64,000 nucleotides of DNA, from NCBI RefSeq assembly GCF_009914755.1, contig NC_060946.1. One strand, written 5' to 3'. The notes below the pieces were generated by a model. That model searched no databases. It was not told where the DNA came from and saw only the letters and a list, made by a program, of their open reading frames with translations. Shown here piece after piece: positions 1-18,830 of the stretch. The stretch is from the human T2T-CHM13v2.0 reference genome, Homo sapiens. The position numbers were made by a program, and so were the translations under genes. How positions within the stretch are numbered: the stretch's first letter is position 1; each line of letters begins with the position of its first letter.

Positions 1-813
1 CTCTTTGAGGACAGGCGCCATGTCTTATTTATTTTTGCACGTCCAGCTCATTGGTCAGGGCTGGGCAGGGGCATATCATGGGTAGATAAGTCTCTAAGGC
101 AGCTTCTTCCACATCAATCTCCTGCAGACTGCAAAGCTCTGAGGTCTGGACTGTATTGCATATTGCATATGCATATTGCATATGCATATTGCATATTGTA
201 TTGCATTCATATTGCTGTTTTCACCGTGCCTAATAGGGCTGAGTGTTTGTGGTGCTCCGTCAACAGGCACCACAAACACTCAGCCCTGTTAGGCACTGCA
301 CTGTCATACTACGTACACTGCAGTACGATTGCCTGGTAGAGTAGAAGTGACTTTGGATAGAAATTCCTGGGTTTGCACCCCCAGCTTCCTATGCATATAA
401 TCTTGTACAATTTCCTTGGCCTCTCCAAGCCTCAGTTTCCTCATCTTCATAAAGGGAGTGATAACAGCTCTGAGGACTGGTGTAAGGATGAAATACAGTT
501 CCGTATATAAACCATGTGGCACATAATCATTTGCCACGTTATCATTTCTATGTCAGAACAGCACAGAGTCTGCTTTAGCCACAAGACTTTGGGTGGCTCA
601 TTTTTTCAGGTGTCACATGTGATGGGCACATAGTAGTTGATGAAGACAAAGTCTAGTGTTTCCAGTGCCCAGAACAGTGTCTTGCAGAAACTAGGTACCC
701 AGTAAAGAAGTTGAACTGAACTCTGCACTTTGCACATAATTAGATATTTGATGAATATTAAATCAAGTCAGATTCACTTCCCTGTATTGCATTCTGATCC
801 AACCCTAGCTTTA

Positions 814-1745
<932 letters not shown>

Positions 1746-2721
1746 ATGGGTAGAGCACGGTCTGAGGGTGCAAGTCAGTGATCTCGGGGTGGAGTGTGCT
1801 GCGGGCTTAGAGACTCATCAGGTGAAAAGCTTCAGGATCAACTGGAAAACAGAACCGTCTGACCTAGAACCCATTATCTGGGGACTCTTCCCTGGGGCTC
1901 CAAGCCCCTATGGTCTGAGGATGCTTTTGGCTCCTTAAACAATGAGGAGACCTCAGGCTCACATTACAGGAAGTCCAGAGGCCGGCAGCTTCTGGCCAAG
2001 TTGATGGAGCAGCTCTGCGAGGCCATGGAGGACCCAGAATGTGCTGCATGGTCTGCAATTCCTCTGGTCATAGGTGTCTGGCAGGAGTGGTCTGGGCTGC
2101 ATGGTTCCTCATTCATTACATCAGGAAAGATGGATGCTCTCTCAGCATTCCCAGCTGAGAAAAGAATTTCCCAGAAGGCTGCACGCATCCACACGTTTCC
2201 TTGCATCTTATTGGCCCAAATTGAGTCATATGTGCATGACTGAACCAATCACGTGCAAGAGGTGGGGTTGGGGTAGGGGTAAAGAATCACCATGAGACCA
2301 ATCAAACCCGCCACTAGATTGGAGGAAATGTGTGTGGCCAACTCCTCTGAAGTCCGTGTCTCGTGGGGGAGGAATGGATGTCTGGGAATAATTGGCATCT
2401 TCTAGGAAGAGCATGTAGGGTAAGATCCAGCAGTGTCCACTATAGGACCCCCTCACATAGGGCATGTGGGAGAAGCCAGGCACCCTGGGCTTGAGACAGA
2501 GTCATGCCCAGCTCTCATGTCCTTTCCTGGGATAATGGATGAAGGTACGTGTGTGTGCATGTGTGTGCAGGAGGGAGGACTAGGGAATAGTTTGGGACCC
2601 CAGGGCTTCTATCTTCCCCCAGTTGGTCTCTCCAACACCACATATCGGCCTCTACTCCAGTGTGAAGAAAGGCACCAAGCACAGGAGGACTCGGACCTGA
2701 GCCTTTCCTTATTGTTAGCAC

Positions 2722-2727
2722 TTTATT
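2722..2727 (-). terminator. TEX33: TEX33 polyadenylation signal AATAAA
   Basis: TTTATT on + strand, 30 nt past the TAG stop at 2758-2760. Confidence 0.8.
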
Positions 2728-2757
2728 TGAGTAGAAGACACCTCTACTGTGTCAAAA

Positions 2758-2886
<129 letters not shown>

Positions 2887-3054
2887 TTAGATCATCTGGC
2901 AGTCTCTGGAGTTGCCCAGACCCCAGGGATGACTCGTACCTCTTCCAAGTCCACCCCGGCTCTGTCTCCTGCTCTGGTTTCTCTCTGACCCTTAGAGCCA
3001 ACACACCCTGCTGGTGGAGGACAGTCCCTGCCTCCCATCACCCGCAGCTCCTCA

Positions 3055-3339
<285 letters not shown>

Positions 3340-3479
3340 TTATGGGTAGTATAGCCTCAGAGAAATTTTTAAACTCTCTGAGCTTCAGTGTCTTCAACTA
3401 TACCAAGAAATGAGATTTTTTTTGCATGGTTGGAAAGACAAAATTATTGGACATTCATCAAGACATCTAGCAAGTGGCA

Positions 3480-6800
<3,321 letters not shown>

Positions 6801-7228
6801 GAGGGAAAAGGACAGGACGTAAGCTACCATTCTGCCTGCTCTGTGACTCAAAGACACAATGTCCAGGTGAGCCCAGCCAAGGTTTTGATTTGTATGTGGC
6901 TTGTCCTTACCATGGGCTGACCCTCTACTCTCCCCTCCCAGCCCTGCTGCATGGAGCAGATGAGGACCTTCATGTTAGCCCACAGGGGTGTTCTGCTCTG
7001 ACCTCCTTCTGAAGCTGGAGCCACGGTGAGTTGGGAGGCAGAAAATACACAAAGGGCCACTCACCGTGGCCATATTCCTGCAGGCCATCCCACATGGTCC
7101 CCCCGCAGCCCTGTCTGTGGGAAGCCTATACACCCAGGACTCACGGCCATGCCAATACTCTCCCCACATGAAGTTCACCAAACTCTCAGGACACCCAAAG
7201 CCAGACTAAGACCCAGAGCCAGCTCCAT

Positions 7229-7475
7229 TTTCCCCCATGCTGTTTCCATGGTAGTGAATAAATTTCATGAGATCTGATGGCTTTATAAGGGGAAACTTCT
7301 TTCACTTGGTTCCCATTCTCTCTTGTCGGCCACCGTGTAAGACGTGCCTTTCACCTTCCACCATGATGTGAGGCCTCCCCAGCTACATGGAACTGTGAGT
7401 CTATTAAACCTCTTTTTCTTTATAAATTACCCAGTCTCAGGTATGTTTTTATCAGCAGTATGAAAACAGACTATA
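7229..7475 (+). mobile_element. THE1/MST-family MaLR LTR, 3' portion
   Basis: CATGAGATCTGATGG...CATGATGTGAGGCCTCCCCAGC...ATTAAACCTCTTTTTCTTTATAAATTACCCAGTCTCAGG is the characteristic THE1/MST LTR end. Confidence 0.85.
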
Positions 7476-7489
7476 TTATATTTAATGAT

Positions 7490-8890
7490 GTAATGTTAGA
7501 ATCAAGAAGGAGATAAGGATGCCTGTTTTTCCTGCTTATAGACACCATTGTCCTAGAGAGGTCAGCCAGATGCTGATATAAAGGTAAGAAAAGCCTAGTG
7601 TTTAGGAATTTAAACTCTAGCCTCTGACTGGCAGGGTTTAAATCCCAATTCTGACCGTCCCTATCTGTGTGGCCTTAATTAAGTTATTTAACTTTTCCAT
7701 GACTCAATTATTTTTTATCTGGAAAAAAAAATGGGAATTGTAGCATTTACCACATGGGATTCATGTGCAGAATAAAATATATATATAAAGTACTCAGAGC
7801 AGTACCTGGCATATGTTAAATACTATGCATAAATGTAGCCATTATTACTATTCAAAAGCACTCCTAAAGAATCAATAACTAATTACTGGAATTAATTGGT
7901 GAGCTGCATAAAGCTTCTGGATACGAGATTAATATACAAAAACAAAAATTGCATTTGTGTATACGGTATCAGCAGCAAAGTTAGAAAATATAATTTTAAA
8001 AAGATATCATTTTCAACAGCAGCAAAAAAAGAGATTCTCCTAAGTCTAACAAAAAAACCTGCATGATGTTTATAGAAAAAAAAAAATCACAAAATGTTAC
8101 TGAGAGATATCGAAGGAAGACTTAAATTAATGGAGGTATATACCATATTCATATATTAGAAAATTCATTATAAAGCTGACAACAGCCCTTAAATTGAGCT
8201 GTAAATTCAATGTATTTCCAATCAAAATCCCAACAGGGTTTTTCATGGAAATTTCTGTTTATTAATAACATTTGTATGGGAGAGTAAAGGGCCTAGAAAC
8301 CCAAGACATTAACTGGTGATGGTGGTGGAGGGGTGGTAGTGGGAGTATTGCCTGACCAGATATCAGGCTACTTATAATACTTTGGTGATTAAAAATGTAA
8401 TATTAGACCAATGGACAGAATAGAGCCTGAAACTGATCTATGCATGTGTCAAAACCTGATGGATAACAGAAGTACCACTGCAGGTCACCGGGAGGAAAGA
8501 TGAGCCTATTCAATAAAAGGTACTGAGGCAGTCAGTAACCCACATAAAGAAGGAATTGAAAATGAATCCCTACTGGGGAAAGATTTCTGGTGTTGTTGTT
8601 CCATTATTTTGAGGGCTGGGCACACAGATGCCCAAGGAATGCCTGAGCTCGTCATCTCACTCTTTATACAGCTGGGCAAGCTGCCTAAAGTTTCCTCAAG
8701 CCTCAGTTTTACTACTTTCTTAAATGGCTAAAACTCACAAAAGCCATCTACAGTTTTTGAAAATGAATCCCTACTTCATACTAAAAACAAAAATCAACCC
8801 CAGGTGGATTAAAGAGTTAAATGTGAAAAGCAAAACTAAAAATTTTAGAAGACTGTGTAAAAGATGATCTACGATTTAGCATAGGATAGG
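7490..8890 (+). mobile_element. Degenerate L1M/L1ME ORF2-region fragment with a MIR piece and a 182-bp insertion
   Basis: L1 ORF2 hallmarks AAATTCAATGTATTTCCAATCAAAATCCCAACAGG, AGACCAATGGACAGAATAGAG, AAAAATCAACCCCAGGTGGATTAAAGA. Confidence 0.75.
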
Positions 8891-10742
8891 AGTCCCTCAA
8901 CCTGCTCCCCCTGGCAGCTTCTCTAATTCAGTAAATAGCCATCTCATCCTTCCAGTTGTTCAGGTCAAAACGTTGAAGTCAACGTTAATTCCTCTCTCAC
9001 CCCAAAATCTATTCATTAGCATATTCTTTTCTCTCTGCCTTATACAAATATCCAGAATCCTACTACATCAGGCCACCTTCACCATTACCTCCCTGAGCTG
9101 CTATATTGCACAATGGTGCCTTCCAAAATAGCGCAGGTGCACTAGCCCAGCTTCCAACACCAAGCCACCATCATCTGTCCCATCTGGAGTTTTGCAGCTG
9201 CCTCCTACCAGTTTCCCTGTTTCTGCCCCATCTCCCTATGTCCATTCTCCCCATAGCAACTGGAGTGAGCCCTTAACCTGAGCCAAACAGGGCCATTCTC
9301 CTGCTTAAAATCCCGGCTTGGTTTCTCATCTCACTCCGAGTAAAGACCTTCCAGCAGGCTTCACGACCCAGCCTGTTTCCTCTGATGTCTTCTGCCTCAC
9401 TCCTGTGCAGCCATACCAGCCTCACCAACCTCAAACAGCAAGTATAAAGGCTAACCCTGGGTGGGTGGAAACAGAGAGGGACAGATGGATGGGCACACTG
9501 ACAGCACTGTGTGGCAGGGTGAAGCCCTGATTCATAGTGTTTGCCAGTTTCCAGAGTGTAAATACTACTAGCATGGCCAATTTTAAGACAGCATTTATGT
9601 GCCAGTCAGTTCAGAGAGACAATTGCCTCTTGTGAGCTGGTGCAATTTGCTATGAGCTCCAGCACACCCTTGGCACAGTTCTACTTCCCAGGTGGGATGA
9701 TGGGACATGGACATTTTTAAAAATAGATTATTTTACATTTATGTAGACATTATCATACAAAGTTGTATGGAATAGCTATTTGGTGACCGATAGTTGTTAA
9801 AGAGAGAACTGGAAGGCAGGATCTGGAAGGCCCGGAACAGAGAACAAGCAGAACTGTATTCTCGCTTTCCTCCCTGACACCATCCCTTCTCCAAGCTCAG
9901 AGAAAACTCCAGAAAGGCTTCCAGTGGGCACCTGGTTCCTCAGGTGACAGGGATCCGAGCCAGGTGGAAGAGGTTTGTCAGGCCCTGGGAGCACTGGAGA
10001 GGGCCTGGAGTGAGGAGAGAGGAAGGAGCCATACCAGAAACAGCCTCATTTTGCAATGAGGCCAAACCAGAATGTGGGGCAGAGAGAAGCCCCTGCGTGC
10101 TGTGACAGGCATCTGAGCCATCCAGAAGACCCTGGGAACAGGATCATAGCTAGGGAGGTGACTTAGTGGTCAAGAAAAGACTATGAGGCTTTGAAGGCAG
10201 AAGGAACACCTGACTTTGAGTCCTAGGCACAATGCAGACTACTGAGAGTTCTAAGGCAAATGATCTGAAATCTGCCCGTGAAATGGAGCTAATAGCACTC
10301 TCCCCACCCCAACCAATCAGGACTACACTGATCCAATGGAAACCCTGTGTAAATGTCAGAGCCTCCAACCCACCCTTCCTTTCTTCTCAGGTGGCGCCAC
10401 CTCCAGGCTCTGGAGAAGAAAAATGATAGCCTGACAGCTACTGAGTGCTCACGACTTGCCTCGGCCAAGCACCTTCATGTGGCACTTCATAAAGTCCTGC
10501 CAATGACCCAGCAAGGGCCATACTCTCATTATCATCCCCACTGTACCGAGAAGGCAGCGGAGGCTTGCAGAGGTTGAGGATCCCACCTAAGGTCATACCC
10601 AGCTAGTGAGTGGCTGAGCTGAGCTTTGAACCAAAGAAACTTGATATTGTCACTGTGACCAAAGGTGCCTGGGATGGGGCTAGGGGTGTGGGGAGCAGCA
10701 GTCCCAGTTCTACTGGGTCCTGGGCCTCCTACTGGCAGATTA

Positions 10743-11193
<451 letters not shown>

Positions 11194-11334
11194 CCAGAGG
11201 TGCCTGACTGCCAACTGGGATGAATCATCCACACATCAAGGACAGGGGACTGGATGTTCCCAGCACTCGCAAGCTGACATAGAGGACACATGGGCATGAA
11301 ATAAGTGTCCTTGAAGATGTGCCCTGGGGTCCTA

Positions 11335-11700
<366 letters not shown>

Positions 11701-13420
11701 TCAACCTATTCACAGGGCTGGGGAGCTGGGGTATACAAAGGCCCCAGCCCCAACTCCTCTCATCATCTGCACTGCTGTGGGTGGGGGGCATCAAGTTAAT
11801 GATCATAAAACCTCTTCCAAGCATTGAGCATCTGCTACCTGCAACATTGGGGCGGGGGGTCTCTATAGGGTGCCACTCTTCCCACCATTTTATAAATGAG
11901 GAAAGCGGGCCTCAGGAGACCAAAGATCACCCAGTTCACATGGCTGGCAGGGCACAGAGCCCTGGCTTGCCTCCTACAACTGAGGCACCACACAGGGCAG
12001 CTCTGGGTGGGTGCTTAACTTTCAATGAGGCCAACTCCCTCTTCATACCAATAGGGAAACTGACACACAGAGAAGCTGAGCCCAGGTCCAGGGGCAGGAC
12101 ACCTAGGTTTGAGTTCCAGTTCTGCAATATATCAGCTGTTGACTTCAGCAAGCCTCTTCTCCACTCTAGGCCTCAGTTTCCCTACATGTAAAATGTGAAG
12201 GCAGGGTGGAACTGGATGGTCTTTGAAGTGGCTTCCAGCTCTGACACTTGCTGGCTCAATGACACTTGTGACATAAGTTACAGATGGGCAGAAAACACGG
12301 ATTTCTTGATTCCAGCCAGGGACAACGGTGGCTGAAGAGAGAAAGGACTTCTCCCAAGGCTGGGCAGGGTGGTGAGAGGTGGTGACCACAGAGTCAACCT
12401 CAAATTGGGACAAGTTCCTCCAAGTGGGGCAGAACATGTCAAGACTGTGACCTTCCAGACTTGCTGGTGGTGGGGTCACTGCACTTTAAGATGACAGAGT
12501 GGAAGGGGAGCCTAGGAGAAGCCTGACCCCCAGCTTTTGTGACCCAAGCAGATCGTAGCCCCTCCTTGGGACTTGGTTATACTATCTGTTATAAAGGAAG
12601 CAATAACTCCTGCCTGACCTTCCACACAATGCAGTTGCTATGAGGGTTGAGATGGTGGCTTTAAAAATATGTCTCAGAATGCCAGGACAGAAAGAACATA
12701 GCATTTGACCAGAAACGGTAGATGAATTTTATCTCGTGTCAGTTGATTTGTAATGACTGCCTGGAATGCTATATCGGGTGGAAAAGAGTGCTGGCATTGA
12801 CTAGTGATGTCTGCCATGAATGCAGGCTGGGAGGGTTGTGATACGCTCACCATGTATTTGTCAGCCTGATCTAGTGCAACTGCCTCGCTTTACAGATGTG
12901 GAGACTGAAGCCCAGAGAGGGTAAGTAACTTATCCAAAGTCATCCAGCATTTAGGATCAGGTCCAGGATTCAAACCCACGTCTTCTGATTCCCAATAAAT
13001 GCTATCCATCCACTAAATGCTGTCTTCTTTGGGAGACTTGATCACATGGAAAACATCCAATTCACACAAAAGGCTTTTAACTGCAAAGTCATTAAGGACC
13101 AGAGTTCCAGAATCTGCCGACCCAGTTTGCACCCTCGTCTCGCACAGTTAGGTGAATTTGGTTGACTGACTTAACTCCTCTAAGCCTCGGTCTCCTTATC
13201 TATAAAATGAGGACAATAATAGTACCTTCCTCATGGGTTGCTGGGAAGATGTAACAACTTGTTATATGTGAAGTTTAAACAGTGCACAGTGTTTGGCACA
13301 CAGCAGATGCTCAGGAGATACTGCTTTCTAGTGGTATTATTATAGGGACTCTGTACTCAAGAGTGAGTTTATCTTATGTCCTCATTATAAGACTCTGCAT
13401 CACCCTCCTGGCCCCTGCTA

Positions 13421-14086
<666 letters not shown>

Positions 14087-14701
14087 TTAGGAGACACAAT
14101 GGGAGAAGAGAGGCCAGCCTGCGTGCCTCCCACGGGCAGGGTTAGTCCACATTGCCTGGGGCAACAAGGGCTGCCGCCTAAGCCTGTCCCGCCTTGAGGC
14201 CTAGCTGTGTGACCGCAAGCAAGGGACTTGGCCTGTCTGTGCTTTCATGTCCCTGGCTCCATTTGGATAGTTCCCTTCCCCACTTTTCCATCTTGAAACC
14301 TCCCCCTCACTCTCCGCAGTGAGAATCTGGCAGCAGCGGCACTGGCAGAGGCGTTCCTGGGGCTAAGCCACATGCCTGGGAAGTACTGGAGTTGGATGGG
14401 ACTTCCAGACTTTGCTTCCAATGCAAGACTGCTCCCCAATACCTACCTCCTCCCTTCGCCAGGGCTGAGAAGTGGCACCATCCCAGCCACCTCCCAGGCT
14501 CTCTCCTCCCCGCCTCTCCCTGTCTCCCACGTCCCTGCCCACAGCCTCCGCTTCTCTAGGTCTCTTGCTCTCAGCCTTCAGTGTCTCCTCACAGCCTGGC
14601 CTCATCCTCCACCCCAGATTACAGCTGTAAATATGTTTGGTGGTCTTCCCTCCAAAACTTCAAGTCCTCTTAAAAGATACATAAGGGCTGGGCATCGTGG
14701 C

Positions 14702-14742
14702 CGTCAGGCCTCTGAGCCCAAGCTAAACCATCATATCCCCTG
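14702..14742 (+). mobile_element. ~40-bp 5' end of an LTR7 (HERV-H) LTR
   Basis: GTCAGGCCTCTGAGCCCAAGCTAAACCATCATATCCCCTG is near-identical to the LTR7 start as I recall it. Confidence 0.8.
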
Positions 14743-14757
14743 GATGATAAACCTCCG

Positions 14758-14925
14758 CAGAGTTTATCTAAATGTGGCCATGTATGAGGATTCCCTAGGC
14801 TCTCATTAAAAATACAGATGCCTGGGACCCTCTCAGAGCTGCTGCATCAGAAAGGCCCTGAATCTGAGTGTTTAACAAGCCCTTGGGCATTCAGGTCATT
14901 GGAGGAAGATTTTAGCAGGATCGCT
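14758..14925. mobile_element. MER5-like hAT DNA transposon remnant
   Basis: AAAATACAGATGCCTGGGACCC...ATCAGAA...GAATCTG..TTTAACAAGC resembles the MER5A core. Confidence 0.55.
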
Positions 14926-15555
14926 GCCCCAACTCACTGGACTCTCTTCTCCCCATCCCACCTGCCAGCCCCAGCCAACCTGCACTCACCCCTGGGGACC
15001 ATTCTCAGAGCGGGCCTGACTCAGTCACGCCTGCATCAAAATCTTTCCTCTTGTCCTCAGGGCAGAGTGCCTGCTCTCGGGACTCCACAAAAGTGCCAGC
15101 CGTCTCTCCCTCCCAAGCCTTTGCCTGAGCTATTTCTCCTGCCTGGAACACTCCCCTCCACTCCTTGGGCTACACTACCCCTGCTCTTGGCTCACGTGTA
15201 ACCCCATATATACCTCCCATCCATTGAGGCCAGGCCCCTCACCATGTTCCCCCACAGCCCTGCCCTTCTGGTACACACAAGACTCAGAGCACCTGAGTCA
15301 CCCCCTCAGGATGGAGACCATATCGGGGTGATAATCCCTGCACATGGCAGGATGGGAGGGCTCAGTAATTCCGTTCCCTCCTTTTTCCTTCTGTCTTCCA
15401 ACAGAATGCCCCCCTAGGAAGCCTGGGCCGATGGTGGGTCTGGAGGCCAACACAAGACGGAGCGGGAGGAGAAAGGGCCGGTGCCCTGCTGCCCCAGGGA
15501 GTCCCTCCAGAAGCCTGGATGTGCATTCAGCACATCCCTGGTCTGCCTGTCCTAC

Positions 15556-15577
15556 CTGCTCCGTGGCCCAGCTCCAT
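15556..15577 (-). CDS. TEX33: TEX33 first coding exon part: MELGHGA(G)
   Basis: ATG at 15577 (GGCTATGG), donor GCAG|GTAGG after 15556; joins exon 2 in frame as MELGHGAGTTTFT; candidate acceptors give exon starts at 15586 or 15615. Confidence 0.88.
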
Positions 15578-16277
15578 AGCCTCTTGCTGTGGGACAGGCA
15601 ATTCCAAGCTTAGTCCTGTAAACAAAGCACCACGTTTCATCGTCTCAGATAACACACAGAGTTTCTGTGAACAAGGATGAGCTGGGAGCTGACCAGGAAG
15701 GCCTGTGGCTGTCTGCCCGCCCCTGATCAGAGGTTCCTAAGCTGCCCCTGGTGCCCTCTGGCACTGCCCAGACCCACGGAGCCTCTGCCCCATTCACTCA
15801 TCACCCCTGGCACAGGGGCTGCCTCCTGGACTTCTGCAGCCTCTGCCCTCTCTGAAAAGCCCTGGCCACCCCCACCCCACCCCACCAGTCCTCAAAGACC
15901 TATCTCAAGCAGCCTTGGAACCCTGGGCTCATTTTACTCCTTCATAATTTTTCCTTTCATCTCCTCCTCCTCTTCTGCCCCATCACCACCACCCTAGGAG
16001 ACCCTAGCAGGCCCCTGGCTGTGAAGCCCATTGCCCCGGCTCCCATCCTGGAAACCATTTGTCTTCCTGCAAATAGGATTGTATCCATTTGCTGAATGGT
16101 CGTTCGTGCTCAGGGAAGGGAAGCAGCTTAGCCACCACGAAGGAGAACCAAGAGCAGGAACCCACACTTTGCTCTGGTGTAAACTCAGTCTTCTCTCTAA
16201 GGCCTTGGATTCAAATTAGAGGGGTAGATTCAAAAGCCTCTGCAGCTTTCGTGCTTGTGTTTTGTTTTCTTATGTGA

Positions 16278-16577
<300 letters not shown>

Positions 16578-16579
16578 TG

Positions 16580-18830
16580 TGACTTCGGTTTTGTTTGCTC
16601 TCTTTCCCTGGTTCTCCTTGGTTTGCTCATTCTGATGACAGCAAATGCCGTGTTTTGAGCTGCCCTGTGGAGCAGCCCATGGAGCAAGAAACTGAGGGTG
16701 ACTTCTGGCCAAAAGCTCATAAAGAATAGAAGCCCTGAGTCCAACAGTCTTTGAAGAACTGAATGAATCCTGACACCTGAATGAGCTTGAAAGTGGATCC
16801 TTCCCCAGTTGAGCCTTGATATGAGAACACAGCCTGGATGACACTTTCATTACAGCCTGTGGGATACCCTGGGCCAGAGGACCCAGCCAAGTGAGCATCC
16901 TGACTCCTATAAGTTCTGAGATCATAAATTTGTACTGTTTTAAACATACAGTGTCAAACTTCTAAGCTTTATGGTCATTTGTTACGCAGCAATACATAGC
17001 TAATACATATTTTGGTACTAACAGTGGGGTGTTGCTATAACAAATACTTAAAAATTTGAGACTGAACTTGGAACCAAGCGGTGGTCAGAGTCTATAAGGA
17101 TTTTGAGAAGCATGATAGAAAAAGCCTAAATCACCTTAAACAGTTTTTTTTTTTTTTTTAAGCAGAAATCTGGAGTTGGAAGATGCAGTGAGTGAGGGCC
17201 CAAATGGAAGTGAGGAATATATTACTAGAAATAGTGGAAGAAAGACCCTTGTTATGTAGTGGCAGAAACAGTGACACTGTCATCTGCAGTTATGTGACTA
17301 ATGAACTGAATGATTTAGCTAAAGAGTTCCAAAGAAAAGATTGTAGTTGCCTCTTACTTTCTTCTTGCTGCTTGTAGTGAAATGTGAGAGGAAGGTGATG
17401 AATTGAAGAAGGGACTGTTAAACAAAAAGATGCCAGTACTTAATGGTTCTGAAGTCTCATCCTTTCCAGATCCCAAAAGATGCTAAAATTAAGAAATAGC
17501 TTCAGAAGGCTGTCTGGAAAGTGTGCCCAGGAGTGTGACTGTGCGACCTGTTGTTAAAACTTCAGAAAGATCAAAGGATGAGGGTATTACTCTGTCAAAC
17601 AAAGGGTGCTTTAAAGAGATTAAAGAGATGCCTGATATATCCTCTTAACAGAACCATAGGACCTCTAGGAAGCTTAAGGCTCCTCAACAGGAGCCTCAGT
17701 TAAAAAGGGGTGTGACTTTTGTTCAATGGAGTGAACCCCTGTAAGTTTTACTGTTGAGAAAATAACATCAGCAAAATGTTGGCAACTTCGGGTAAAAGGG
17801 ATAGAGACAGTACAAAATGAAAAGATACCATTGAACAAAAAATAAAAATAAAAAAGACAAGTCAGAGAGTGGATGCAAGAGTCCAGAAGGCAGAGCTGAG
17901 AGCCATGGAGAATTATCCCCAGGCCTTGAAACCTAATCAAGGAATGTCCAACATTTGTGTGGCTGGATTTCAAAACCGCTATGGAACATTGACTCCATGT
18001 CTCCATTTTCCTCAATTTTGAATAGGAATGTCACTAGTTCTTATCCTATGCCTATCACATCACTGTATGTTAGGTGTGTTCAGGGCAAATTACTTAGTTT
18101 CACAGATCTATGATGGGGAAGAATTGAATCTGAGAAGCTGTACTTAAGGAACGACACTGGAGGAGCCTCAGCCACACCTGGAGCTGATTTATATGACCAG
18201 ATTCTAGCTTTTAAACTGATGCTTTAATAGGATGAGAATTTTAAAGATCTTAGGAGGGGATGACTATATTTTGCATGTGGAAGGGATGTACATTATTGGG
18301 GGCCAGAGGGCAGAGAGTGGCAGGCAGTTGACATGGCTCCCAATGATCCCTGTTTCTTGGTATAATTCCCTCCCCTTTGGTGTGGACTGGACATAGTGAT
18401 GAATGGAATGTGGCAAAAATGAGGGATGTTGCATCCATGATGAACTTATAAGAGACTACAACTTCTGTCTTTTTCACACACTCTCTGCAGCTCTCCTCAG
18501 CTCATCTTCTCTGACAGAAGCCAGTTTCCCTGTTGTGAGATGCCCTATGGAGAGGTCCACAGGGCAAGGAACTCAGAGTGGCCTCTTGCCAACAGCTCCA
18601 GAGTAGCTGGATCCTGCCATGTGAATGGGTTCCTTCTCTGGTCGAGCTTTGAGATGAGACTAGAGACCCAAGCAACACCTTGATTGCAGCCTGTGAGAGA
18701 CCCTGGGACAGAAAAATCACCAACACTCCACCGGTATTCCCAACTCACAGAAACTGTGAGATAGTAAATGTTGTCTTAAGCCCACTAAGTTTTGGGGTGA
18801 TTTGTTGTGCAGCAAGAGATAACTAACACA
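16580..18830 (+). mobile_element. MLT1-type MaLR element: partial LTR - internal region - LTR
   Basis: LTR end TTTGTTACGCAGCAATACATAGCTAATACA at 17007, internal start TATTTTGGTACT, purine tract ~18298-18316, second LTR ending GCAGCAAGAGATAACTAACACA at 18830. Confidence 0.75.
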
